64,000 nt of DNA from Ptychomitrium polyphyllum. Taxonomy: Eukaryota. The position numbers and the translations under genes are program-made. Below are positions 27,774-39,890 of this stretch, piece by piece (the first letter of the stretch is position 1; every line of letters begins with the position of its first letter). The stretch lies in the NCBI GenBank assembly GCA_973851085.1, contig OZ316775.1, forward strand, positions 15,562,001 through 15,626,000. Direction: 5' to 3'. The notes below the pieces were generated by a model that did no database searches, was not told the origin of the DNA, and worked only from the letters and a program-made list of their open reading frames with translations.

Positions 27774-29499
27774 GCAGTACGCTTGGTTCACCTCACTACT
27801 GGAATGTCGAGAGCATGAGCTAGATTTCAGTGTGTACCACATTTTTTGAAACACGCATCTGAGAATTGGGTTTAAACTTCTGGTGTTCTTCTCTCCTGAC
27901 GTCAGTTACTCTGTCTCAATTTTTTATTGAAGTACGGAATGCCTCGTGCTATAGAAGGAGTCGTTTTGATAAACCTTGTTAGGGTTTATTCGTTTGTGGG
28001 TTTGGCCATTGTCAAACTTGGAACTCTCAAGTTCTGTGTTGTACTTTATGGTTTAGCATGCATACTTTGTTCATTGTGCAAAATTCTGATTCTTGAATGT
28101 AGTTGATTCCGCTACTTGGATATAGTTCCTTGAAACATATGCGTGCATCTGTTCGTCTTGGATTCCTAAATGGTTTAGCTTTCAAGATTGTACATTGGGT
28201 ACATTTTGGAGATGACATTTGCAAGACTATATAAAATGTTTGACTAGCTTATGCCCATAACTCTAATACTAGGGGGCTCTAATCGGTAGCTTTCTTTAGA
28301 AGTTCTGCTACGACGTTCAAGCAAGTGGCATCAGGGCGAACGCCAGATGGCGTGGATTCTGCCATGTTTATGTACACATTCTGCCACCTTGGCGCCTACC
28401 ACGGCAGGATGCCTAACAGAGATTTTCTAATGCTCCCCTGCATATATGCAAGCCAGTTTCGTAGTGCCTCGCATCCCCTACAACGATCCCGGTTACACTT
28501 CCACACGCAGGTGCAAACACTACTCCATCCAAAACTAGGAAGCGTACAATTTTCTCTCCAAAAATCCTCTGCAACATGGTTGTTGCCGCAGTTGTTAAGG
28601 TTATGGTCCTACTGAGATACTCAGCGTGAGTGGGTGTTAGAGTCCAAGGAGCTCATGTGTGTATCGCCAGATCAAAACGCCGTTTCTGGTCTTCAGAATC
28701 AGAAGTTCTGTTGCAGGTCGGTGTGCACGACGAGTGCGTCACAGAGCACTACGCCTGTTTTTGCAAATGCGAGAATTGTGTCACACAGGGAGCCGTCTTT
28801 GGGCAAGACTGCTGTGGTAATGGCGCTCATCAAGGAGCTTGAAAGAGCAATCTGCGGAGTTCAGACGAGTACAAGCCGCACGACTAGCTGTAAGCTCCAT
28901 CTGTAATGTTCGTCCCTTCCAATCTTTCCGTCCAATGTCCTTCACCTTGTCATACTCTCAATCTCATTCTGCAGACGCTACTTTGGGTGGCTGGTCCTCG
29001 CTCGAATGCTTCGAAATGAATCGGAGTGGATCTGACACCACGAGTGTAGCAAGTATAGCAATACAGATCAGTGTTAAATTGATTCAATAGTTGGAAAACA
29101 ATGACCTTGAAAACAGTTTTTCAAAATAAAAAAGATATATATTTATATATAACTTCATCAGCTCAAGTTTCCTTACTTTCAATCAGCCACAACAAAATCC
29201 TATTGGAAGTTTTCATGTAATTGAATTTTGATCTCTTAAATCTATACATTCATGAATGAAAATTTGATTTACATATTAAGACCTAGAGTTTTGATTTGAA
29301 TTGCAATTCCATTAAAATGAACTATCAATCATTTTATAACACATCATTGAACGCATTTACCCTCAGTGACACAAACGAATAAATTTGTCTTTGACGCTTA
29401 TATTTCGTGCCTTCGGAGTTACAGCAGCTTAAACAATGGCCTGACTTTGGTGAGATGTGAAGATATGCACACCTAACACCTTCCCTATCTGTGCCAGAG

Positions 29500-30508
29500 G
29501 AGTGATGTGGAAGTAGGAAAGAGGGAGAAACTTCACTATGAATGAGCAGATGTACAGACTGATCCTGCACTCATGAAAGACGAGCAACATGGAAATGGAC
29601 ATTCACTTCTACAAATTAGCAGAGTGCAACATCAATTAGGAACAAAAGATGATGAAGTTTAAAAATTATCTCTATGAGCTAAATTTGAATTTTCAGTGAA
29701 TTTTAGACCTGCCAAACTTATGGGAAAGTACTCTCGTCCTAGTAGAGTTATGGTTTCAAAATGGAATTTTATTGACGATAGTGGTGCCCAAAATTATTAA
29801 CCATGCATCCATTCGGATATGCGTTCATTGGAAGAAGGATGTCTCTGTGAATTTGGCGGTCTAAATTTCATTGGAAAATCCAAATCTAGTGAAAATTCTG
29901 TTTGCTTAGTTTGTTACAATGAGAATTCTAATAAAGTATGCAATAAGTGTTATGGTGACTTTGATAAGGACTGCATAGTCAGTGATCTCCCTCACCAAAA
30001 GCAGTGCAAATGGCTGACTTACACCCAAATATCTGAACAAACTAGGAAACTAAAGGGCATATGGTGTTCAAAACCCCTGTGCTGAAATAGGAGAACACGG
30101 ATGGGAAGGGCACTTTCTTTGGATCAATATGCTGGATGAAGATGGTAGAAAGATTGGCATGGTTTGTTTCAATGATATCATATATAGATTCATGACAAGG
30201 TGATTGACGGGAAGGAGTATGTGCTAAGTAAAGGCAAGTTGAAAAAACCTAACGACCACTACAAACAGAGAAGAGGAGGTGTGAGACTTTCTTGTAATAC
30301 AACTCCATCATTGGAGCCATTCTTGAGGAAGCTAAAACAAATGATCAAGATGAGCCTGCTGCAATCCTAATTCCACCTGAAATTGAATTCATAGCTGCAG
30401 GAGAAGCCCAACAGAAGGACCTTATGAAGGAAATTGCAGAGTGCCACCAAGGCGTTAGAACTTGCAAATGGTTCACGAGTCCAAAAAGATGGTGAAACTC
30501 ATGAATAG
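29500..30508 (+). pseudogene. Frameshifted RPA70 (RPA1) DBD-A-like OB-fold gene, copy 1, with a CxxC...CxxC motif
   Basis: Stitched translation across stops and frameshifts gives CLVC..CNKC...KTPVLK*ENTDGKGTFF/WINMLDEDGRKIGMVCFNDIIYRF/HDKVIDGKEYVLSKGKLKKPNDHY.../CETFL*YNSII...IPPEIEFI. This follows the RPA70 DBD-A pattern (GEGKLFS..L.DESGEIRAT.FN...DKF...IEV.KVY..SKG.LK.AN). Confidence 0.7.
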
Positions 30509-30516
30509 TCAAAGTC

Positions 30517-30544
30517 ACAGATTACAGATTACAGATTACAGATT
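30517..30544. repeat. (ACAGATT) x4 tandem repeat
   Basis: Directly visible just downstream of OB-fold copy 1. Confidence 0.85.
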
Positions 30545-32057
30545 GAGTAGCAAATGGCAACGGTGAGATACTGTAGTTTCAGGCGTCTTCAACATGCAAG
30601 CATCATGTTCGTTAAACTGGAAGTTTTGTATGACTTTGGAATTTTCAGCACATAATCTACAACACCTCAATGTTTAAGGCGATCACCTTGAGAATATTCT
30701 TTGGCAGTTCTAAAGCATTCTAAGCATATTCAAAATGTATTTTGAATTTTGAGTTTATCCTGCTTTAGTCTTTTGAGAGTATAAAAAGAACGTACAAAAT
30801 TCAAGTAGTTTTTTATTGAAATTTAAAAAAGTTCCAAGTTAATGAATATTGTATTGTGCATGGCAAATGAATTGATACAAATAACAACATTTCATTATGT
30901 AGTCTTATTTTACTTGTGCCGGAAGAAGTTTGAAATTATTAATGGAAAAGTTTTGAATATAGCGCTTTTGGATTAAGTCTTTGAAAAAATTTTAACCTAA
31001 AGTTAAGAAATAAGCAAAATTACTTGAACAAAATATTTCAGAAGAAAAAAACGTGCAAGAGAACTTTATAAGAAGGAGTAGAACTAATGACTTTATTAAG
31101 GTATTACCTTTTACAAAAGAAACTTTATATTCAAATTACTGAATAGAATATGCATTTTTTTATAAAGGAATATTGAATATATGTGATTTCAATCTTTTAT
31201 GTATTCAAGCTTGTAATTGAAAAAAAATCTTTGTAAAAGTTTTTATACAAAAAGTCAATAATATTCCAACAATTATTTAAGAAGAACTTGTATTAGTGTT
31301 TTAAGCAATAACAAATGGTCTTTCTTTTAATAATTTTCAAAAGTTTTGCTAACAACAATTTATTCCAATAAAAGTACAACTTGTATATCTTTTGTCTTTT
31401 TATAGACTTTTATTTTTATTTTTATGTGACTTGAATTAAGAACTAGTTTTTTTAGTTTTTAGTTTTATGAGTTTTAAATACATATTATTTTTAAAAAAAA
31501 ATCTACAACAACTATTTAATAGTATATATACACAATTGTACAATAAATATAATGCAATAAATTTAAAATATATTATATGTTAAGAAAAACCACAACATAA
31601 AAAGCAAATAGTTTCATCCGATTGAAAAATCATGATTTGGAAACATTTAATGGTAGACAATTGTTTATAGAATGATAATATCATTTTAAAATAAATTATA
31701 ATTTGGATACTTAAGTATTTCATCATTGGTAGAAAATAAATATATGTAATTTCAACATTGTTTAAATTTATTTCCTACAAGATGTATTTTAAAGATTAAG
31801 AAGTTGTATTTGAATTAATAACATTTGATATTAATAAAACTGATTTTTATTCTAAGATGACAAAAATTTATTGAAGTACATTCAATGTATTTTGAATTAA
31901 AATGATTTAAAAAATTAATGAAATTACTATTCAATTGTTTAATTTTTTATATAAAACTTAAATAGTTTTATTGATTTGATAATTTCAAAGAAAAAAGTAT
32001 GTTATCATAGTTTTGTATAATGCATATTTTGAAAACAATTATAAATTTGCATTAATT

Positions 32058-33140
32058 ATGACACAACCATCACAAGGTGGATGCAAATTCATGATGTTGG
32101 ATAGTTTTCATGGAAAACCTAACTTTCAAATGTATGATAAAAGAAATAATTTTAAAATTGAAGATTATCATAATGGATTTAATAATAAAACAATAAACTT
32201 AAAAGAAATAAAAAGTTCAAATGACAATAATATAAAAAGTGCAATAAACATTGATGACAATTCCAACTTTAGGAGATCGATAAAAGATGAGATTGCAATG
32301 TCAAAAGATTATGCAAAGAAAATAGAAGATAACAAAGGTAATTTTGAAGAAAACAATGAACTTAAGGTAAATAAAAGTTTTCAATCTGATACTTTTAAAC
32401 ACCTTTGTTTCCATAAAGATCATCCAATGGAAATAATTCAAAGGTCACATAGTCTCCTTGCTCCATTGTTGCACAAAAGCACCAATGAAGTTATCAACGA
32501 TTGGTATAGAAGTGATGGTCATGAAATGACATCATCATATAGAGAAAAATACTATAAAAAACAAGAAAAAGAATTTTATGATCGCGCCAAACAAAATAAT
32601 TTTGATGAAAGTCAATCAAATAAGCTATTACTCCCTCCTAAACCTCCTAAATTACCACTAACTTATTCAACATTTAATTTTATGGAAGATGACCCACTTG
32701 CTAAATACAACTTAAAAGACTTAATGGTAGAAGAGCGTTCAAGAAATCATGAAATAGAGAGAAGAAAGCAAAAGTTCTCCGGTCATGACAATAAGTGTAT
32801 AGATTGCAATCGTTTTCAAATAAAGCTAAAACATTTAGAAGGCCAATTCCGAGACTATAAAAAACTACAGAAGCAATCACTTCAACTCAAAGCTGAACAA
32901 AATGAGAAGAAAAGGCTTGAAGATTATGTTAGTGTTCTTGAAACTAAGCATAGCCCTCTCAAAAGGTTATATGCTGAGATCAATGACCTTAAGCAAAAAA
33001 ACTTGAGGCTTTCAAAAAACAATAATGTTGTAGCGGATTTGGAAGATGAACTCAACCAAACCAAAGAGTGTAATCAATGGTTTTATGATAAGATAAAAGT
33101 TTTGGAAAATCAGTTACAAACTTCTCAAAAACGTAGATGA
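32058..33140 (+). CDS. Intronless AT-rich orphan ORF (about 360 aa) with an N/K-rich N-terminus, a PPKPPK linker, a CxxC motif and a C-terminal coiled coil
   Basis: More than 1 kb stop-free in sequence where stops are otherwise very frequent. First ATG at 32058. The region from CIDCNRFQIKLKHLE to the end is heptad-like. Confidence 0.55.
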   Translation: MTQPSQGGCKFMMLDSFHGKPNFQMYDKRNNFKIEDYHNGFNNKTINLKEIKSSNDNNIKSAINIDDNSNFRRSIKDEIAMSKDYAKKIEDNKGNFEENNELKVNKSFQSDTFKHLCFHKDHPMEIIQRSHSLLAPLLHKSTNEVINDWYRSDGHEMTSSYREKYYKKQEKEFYDRAKQNNFDESQSNKLLLPPKPPKLPLTYSTFNFMEDDPLAKYNLKDLMVEERSRNHEIERRKQKFSGHDNKCIDCNRFQIKLKHLEGQFRDYKKLQKQSLQLKAEQNEKKRLEDYVSVLETKHSPLKRLYAEINDLKQKNLRLSKNNNVVADLEDELNQTKECNQWFYDKIKVLENQLQTSQKRR

Positions 33141-33247
33141 GGTGGTTTATGAGTATGATGAAAAACCACTGATTCATTAACTTTAATTGAGGTCATAAGC
33201 CTTGCTTATACAGAGATAAAGCTTTGAAAAATAAATCAACATGCGTG

Positions 33248-33290
33248 CACACACACATATACATATATATATATATATATATACACACAC
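33248..33290. repeat. Compound (CA)n/(TA)n microsatellite
   Basis: Directly visible. Confidence 0.9.
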
Positions 33291-36200
33291 TCACAAAGAC
33301 TACAAAGTAAAGAAAGGGGTCCAGTTTAAAAGGATTTGAAATTAAAACAAATGAAGAAATGGGCCTCTTTAATTTATGTGAAATTATTTCTTCCATATTA
33401 AGAAGGACTTTGCATGCTTGTAAGAACAATTATGAGTTTTAAAAGACTTTCATGAAAATAAGATCATATCTACTTAGAAGACATTCTTCAGTAATCACAT
33501 AGTAGACATGATAACTTCAATGCAAAATGCATTCATTTTCTTTTTAAATATCAATTTTTGAACAGATATTGATCAATAATAATAACTTAACAGATAATTG
33601 AAAAAGAAAAAAACACTTCCATCCTGCATTTTTTAAATATACATAATTTTTTCTTAAATCATATAATTTAAGTGAAAATATATATCTAAAAGCTTGTACA
33701 CAGAAGTGATGATTGTATATAATTTATAAATTTTCAACTTTCTACCATTACATTGGAGTGATTTATTGACTATTGAACCAAATTTGAAGTGTTATTGAAT
33801 TATTTATTTATATTGTTTAAGATGAATTAAGCATGTTCTTTAATATGCAGAAGTTGTAGTCTTTTGTAATTATTTTTTCAAAGTTTTTTTATGTTCCCAA
33901 AGAATATATTGTATTAAAAGACATAAGTAAATATTGGAAATTTTTTAAAAAATCGAAAACTGAATAAACAATTTAATGTTTTGAAAATTTATAAATACAT
34001 GGTATACATTACATGAAAAGATATAAATTGAAAAGGTATATGGAGAACGTTTGAAATGGTTTTAAAAAAAAATATTTTCAATAATATAGATTTTATATGC
34101 ATTTGGTTATGAATTTTTTATTAAATATTTAGGTTTTCAATATTTCTACTATATGTATAAATTAAAACAAAGAGATAAAAGCTATGGAATAAATGAAAAG
34201 TATCCATACATATCAATTTTAATATTCTTAGAGTCTAGGTTGTTTTTCTTATGTAATGTTTTTTAATGACCTAGCAACAATAGAAATGTATTATTAATTG
34301 ATAATTGAGCATTATCAATTTAAATATTCTTATTATAGGTTAGTTATTGGGAAATATTGAAATTACAAGTAAACTTCAAATATTTCCCATCTACAATTGT
34401 TTGTTTAAATCATATCCAATTGACATCAATTTGAATACCAAGCATGATTGAATAAGAAACAAACAAGAAAATTTTCAATCAAGAAAAGAAGAATAAACTT
34501 AGAAAAATTAATCAAATTAATAAGTTATAATTTGTTATAGCATTTTCTAACATTTGGATATCTTTCTTTTATTTTAAGAAAATGAAGAAATAAATGCTTC
34601 TTTCATTGATTGTAATTGTGAAATGTATACAAAAATCAAATATGATAATCTAAAATCATATATAACAATAAAATGATACCTCGGTTCTTATTTAAAAAAA
34701 TAAACACACATATAAAAAAATATCATCAATTCAATTCATGGACATATGTATTTTAGTTTTTAATCCAACCACCTTAAAGTTGTATATCATTGTTATGTTG
34801 GTACAATATTAAATTGAAGTTGTGATTGTAGCATTGGAGTACATGTACATTAGAAGCAAATGAATCAGATGAATCTTTATTTGATAAATTGATTGTTGAC
34901 TAGTCGTATGTCCACAATTTGCACTCAAATCAAAACTTTATATTGTGAAACTACAAATAATGATTGTGATAGTAATTGGTGTGGCTTGATAGTGTTATAC
35001 TATTGAATGCTTTTGTGACTTGGTAGTAAAACTTTATTAAATTGTTTTGGTTCTTTTATGTTTGTGAAACATGTGTCCTTTTGCAATGATTGGAATATAA
35101 ATGGTTTATTTGCTTCATTATGACTATTAAGCAAAACTTTATGTGTTTTTCATAGATTTTTCACTCCTAATTTACTTTTTTTGATGTTTACTTAATTGAT
35201 GAATGCAAACATGATAATTGCACAATTAATTTTTATTATTAACATAATGAAAAATGTCCTAAAATTCATTATTAATAAAATAATAGTTGAAGAGTTGTAA
35301 AACTTAAATGAAAAATATCAATTTTCTTTTGTTGTGCATTAAATAATATTCATGTTTATCTAAAATGCATTTATGTTTTTACTTAAAATTTCAAACCCCT
35401 TTAAAAGTATACATTAAAACGTTTCTAACTTTCCATTTAAGCATATCTTTTGAAATATGAATCATACATTTCATTAATAGGATATGTTAGTTTAAAATAA
35501 TTATTCTATTAAAAGTTGCATTTCTAATAGGTACATAAAGTAATACAAAAATACTTCTTAAATTAGAATTTTGGAAATATAAGTTTTTATATGAATTGCT
35601 ACACTTGTCTAAAACAAGTTAGTGAATAAAATTATTCAAATTTTTAGTTGTTTAAGGAAACTTTTTGAATTTAGACCTTAAATAGATTGAAAATAAAATT
35701 CTTAGTTCACTACTTTTGTACACTTTTTCTTCTTGCACCTTGGCCTATTTCCTACAAGTTGTTGCCTTCTCCTTATTTCTTTAATGTTAATTAAAAATCT
35801 TGTGCTATTATCGGCTCTCCACTTCCAAATGTGATGATAAATTTTGACTTCTTTTTATTAACCTCTATTAGTACATTTCACTAAATTTACAAATTAAAAA
35901 AATACTCCTTTAAAAAATTTTAACCTTTTCAATTTTAAAGTAATTTTCCAAATTGTAATTATTATATTACATGTCATACTTTTTTGAATGAAGAAGGACA
36001 GCTAATTAGATAAAAGAGCTCAAACCAATTCTTCTAAATGATTCACTTCAAATTTGTCAAGTGCTTGGAACATATAGGCCATGACCACGCCAATGAGACA
36101 AACCTACATTCCATGTAATCAAACAACCTCTAATCTTCTCTACAATCAAGATTGGTAATGATTCTTCAAAATAACTAGCCTCTCTTAAAAAACTTATGAA

Positions 36201-37329
36201 AACTGCCTCCATACTAGCATTCTAAAATTGTTAGTAATAGCCTTCATGATTTTGTTAAAAAAGAACTATTTTTCAGATTAACATTGAAGAAACTTTTGTA
36301 TTGATATTTTGAATTGTTCTCTTTTCTTTCCAAATTGTGTGCATCCTTGTATTAAGAGATTTGGAAGAGTTCCCACCAATTTCTTTGAGGATCTTGAAAG
36401 TAAGAACCTTTCCATTTTTATATTGGATCCTGAAAAGTGTAATATAGCAAGAAAAACTTACAATACCACAATATTTATTTGGAACTTTTCTAATTTTAAA
36501 GAATCCACTTGAAGTTTTAATGTTCTTTATATCTTTAAAAACGTTATATGGGATTTATTTGAAATTTCTAGAATCATTAAAGGATATTTTAAAAAGAGCC
36601 TTATCTAAAGCCTTAAGGTATTTTTATTGATTTGCTAAAAGTTCCAAATTTATATAAAACATCCAATTTAACAAATATGGTGTTGAGATGTTATATTTAA
36701 TATTTTTAATATTTTAATATTCTTTGGGAATATATATTCAAAGGCTTCAAAAGGAATAGAAGTCATTGCACCTCTTTTAGGCAATAACAATCAATGAAAC
36801 AATATAATCTTTAAACATGTTGGACTGTGTATGTTTTTAGTGGAATAAATATCTAATCATATTGACTTATAGTACTCACTACTAATGTTTAGATTTTTTT
36901 TCTGTAAAAAAAATCAATTTATGTTTTTAAAAGTTATTGCTAGCTTTCTTTTAAAATTTTATTGTAGTCTCTTTATGCTTTACAATGGTTCTACCAAAAA
37001 CAATCATACCTTGCCATTTTTTTAATATTATTTGAGTCAACAACAAAATGATCACAAAAATGGAAATGTCTGTAAGCTCCTTTGATAAGATTTTTGCATA
37101 TCAATATTGTTTTGCTATATTAATATGGATTTTTCTACAATACCCTCAAATAGAAAGATAGGTTGTTGTCATCTTTAAAACTTACTAGTATATATGCAAT
37201 TCTACTATTTCCAGTTGCATTATGTATAATAAGAACTTTTAAAGGAATTTAATATATTAATGTGAAATTTAGATTTGAAACAAAAATGTAGCTAGTATCT
37301 ATTTTATATAAAAAAGGAAGAGTTTTAAT

Positions 37330-38270
37330 TATACTATGGTGTCCACATTTCCTTTATTATGAATCCATCTTGTATTTAGATATTAAACACCTTAAAAACC
37401 TTCATTGTGTGCTTATAAATCATGCATTGTCATGAAATACTACAAGTGGATTGAGCATAGTTTGAATTTGGAAATTGTACAATTTAAATGTTTGGTAATT
37501 TGTTTACAAATGCAACTTAAGCAATAGTCTCACCATTATGGTGAATTAAAACATTTGTGTCTAAAATCTCATGGGCATGGATGATTATGGAGATGATAAT
37601 GAACTCTTCTTTGGTATTTTGGATGAACTCTTTTTCCTTGAAGAATTATAAGTACTAGTAATACATATGCATATTTCTTCCACCAAATGGACAATGAATC
37701 AATTCATTCATTTTCCACTGAGATTCATTAAGCAACATTTAAAATGCTCATAAAGCTAGCATAATATAATTCAAGAGTCATGTCTATGTTTTTCCAAGCA
37801 TGGGCACATTTCTAAATGCAACATTTCATATGGCAAGCTTTGCAAGCCAATGTGTGTCAAAGTAGGTCATTAATTGCTATATACCAAGGCAATTTCTTTT
37901 TATGTCTATAGGTCCTTAGATTAGAACCAAAAAGAAGGTTTCATTTGTACATATATCAAAAATTTGCTTCAATACATATGTACAATTTTCAAATTTTGAT
38001 ACCTTTTGTATAATGTTCTCCAACCAATTTTTGAAGCCGCCTAATTCTTAAATTAACTATACAAATGAATGTATTTCCAAAATGCTAAATCAACCTAAGT
38101 CAAATCCTTTAAAATGTTGGAACATAGCCCTACAAACTTTGACATTATACTTATACACAGCAAACATCCATCCAAATAGTTAGTAAACACAAAATGCTCA
38201 TTATTCAAAGTGGTCCATTGAAATATGCAAAAACACCATATTATGAAAATGAACGTGCAACAAGTTGCAT
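37330..38270 (-). mobile_element. Heavily decayed Mutator-like (MULE) transposase with a SWIM zinc-finger remnant
   Basis: Minus-strand fragments KNWLENIIQKV, LMTYFDTHWLAKLAI*NVAFRNVP...IDMTLELYYASFMSIL, EFIQNTKEEFII..HAHEILDTNVLI and FPNSNYAQSTC..CMIYKHTMKVF. They follow the order of plant SWIM-MULE motifs (YF...W...W....RN.P....TN..IE.YH; CxC...CKH). Many stops and frameshifts. Confidence 0.65.
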
Positions 38271-38745
38271 ATCCATAGGGGTATATGTTTAGATCCTACA
38301 TGTATGTAGAATATTGACTTACAAAGCATATTCTACTAGTTGATGAAAAACATATAGTAACCCTATTTCTACAAAACATACTAAACTTGTCAAATATGAC
38401 TAACCTTTGTCATTGATCCTCCATCCCAAAAAGTTGTTGCTTATTGATCTATAGAATTCTATTAGATGGAACAAACAAAATTTTCATTGGTGACTCATTG
38501 GCCTCAAACGGCAACAACAAAGCAAGGCGCACACAAATGTCTTTTTGGTTTCTTGGAAATACTCAGGGGTCAATTAACGAGACCTTTCTGGATATAGTGG
38601 AGGCAGCTTCAGCTCCATTATAATAAGACTACGTGAACACTTATATTATAGAGCTCAATAAAATCATGCACTTTGAGTGAGATTGCTTTCGGCGTTGACT
38701 TTCTTCGGAAGAGACAGCAAGGTACACAGTTCAGTCCAATGACAG

Positions 38746-39890
38746 AAAGAGAGAGGTGACAATGTGGAGCCGGTAGCTAAGAGGAAGAAACTATGCCATG
38801 AATGTGGACAAGTGCGCGTCGGTGCAGCCCTTGTGGGAGATTGCGAGGGCAAAGTTGCAGCTGTGGGGGTTGAAGCAGAAGGCGTTCATGTGAAGGAGGA
38901 ACAAGATTGTGGAGATGAACGGGAAGCACAAACTGCGTCTGTACAGAAGGTGGAACTGTTACAGGACGTTGTTGAGGCGCAATTACAATATCAATCAGGC
39001 GCACACGACCATGAAGGTCACGGACGTCTCTCTGAGTCGGACACCGATGCTACGTCTGATGAAGACGACGTTGAGAATTTTGATTACGATGATGATGATG
39101 ATGAGAATCATGGTTTTGGCATCCGCATGACCACAAACACTCGCTCGTCGACCTCTCCATCGTCGACCTCTCCCCCGGCTCTGGTTTCTCTCTATTTTGA
39201 TCCTCTCCAACCTCCCCAAGTCTGTACCTTGCCAGTCGTAGTGCCAATTGTCACTTTGCACGAAGCTTGCAAAGACCTTCCTAGACAACCCAACAATAAT
39301 GGAGAGTGGGCAGTTAGGGGTGGAGGATTTGAGAAATTAGAGCACAAGTTGGGATTCACAAGGGGGAAGGGCTATTTCTTTTGATTCTGGATGGAAGAAC
39401 GATGCTGGCGATAGAATTCGCGTTGTTTGTTTCAGTGAACTGATTTGACAGGTTCATCGACAAGGTGTTTGAGGGGATGGAGTACGTTCTAAGTAATGTC
39501 CGCTTAAGAGAAGCTTACGGGGAGGGGTGGGGTGCGAGATTCATTTGAAATACAATTCTTCTATCGATCAAGCAGCAGTTCCCGAGGAAGCTCAAACAAA
39601 ACCAGACGACAAAACCAAAGGGGTCTGATACAAAGGGGACTGAAACAAAGGTGCTGAAACCCTAACTATAGGAGAAAGCACAAGACCAGTACCTCCTCAA
39701 GAAAGCGGCAACGCTTCGAAAGCATTTGGAAGGCACGAGTGGTCAAATCCAGGATTACAAACCTCAAGTGGCAGACCTTGAGAAGTATGTGGAACTCACC
39801 AGGAGTAAAGCCCAGGTTTACAAATCCGAGCTTGAACAGCTTAAGGTAAAGATCAAGGCGGGAAAGGCGGAGACAGAAGAGACACCTTGA
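38746..39890 (+). pseudogene. Frameshifted RPA70 DBD-A-like OB-fold gene, copy 2, with an acidic tract and a C-terminal coiled coil
   Basis: The ORF at 38764-39384 lacks an in-frame initiating ATG at its start. It continues across a stop and frameshifts as TRGKGYFF*FWMEE/NDAGDRIRVVCFSELI/DRFIDKVFEGMEYVLSNVRLREAY../CEIHLKYNSSIDQAAVPEEA and ends ...VADLEKYVELTRSKAQVYKSELEQLKVKIKAGKAETEETP*. Confidence 0.7.

Noticed and set aside
28325..29050. Moderately GC-rich block with short Cys-rich frames on both strands
   Set aside because: It may be a gene relic, but I could not recognise a family or a consistent exon structure.
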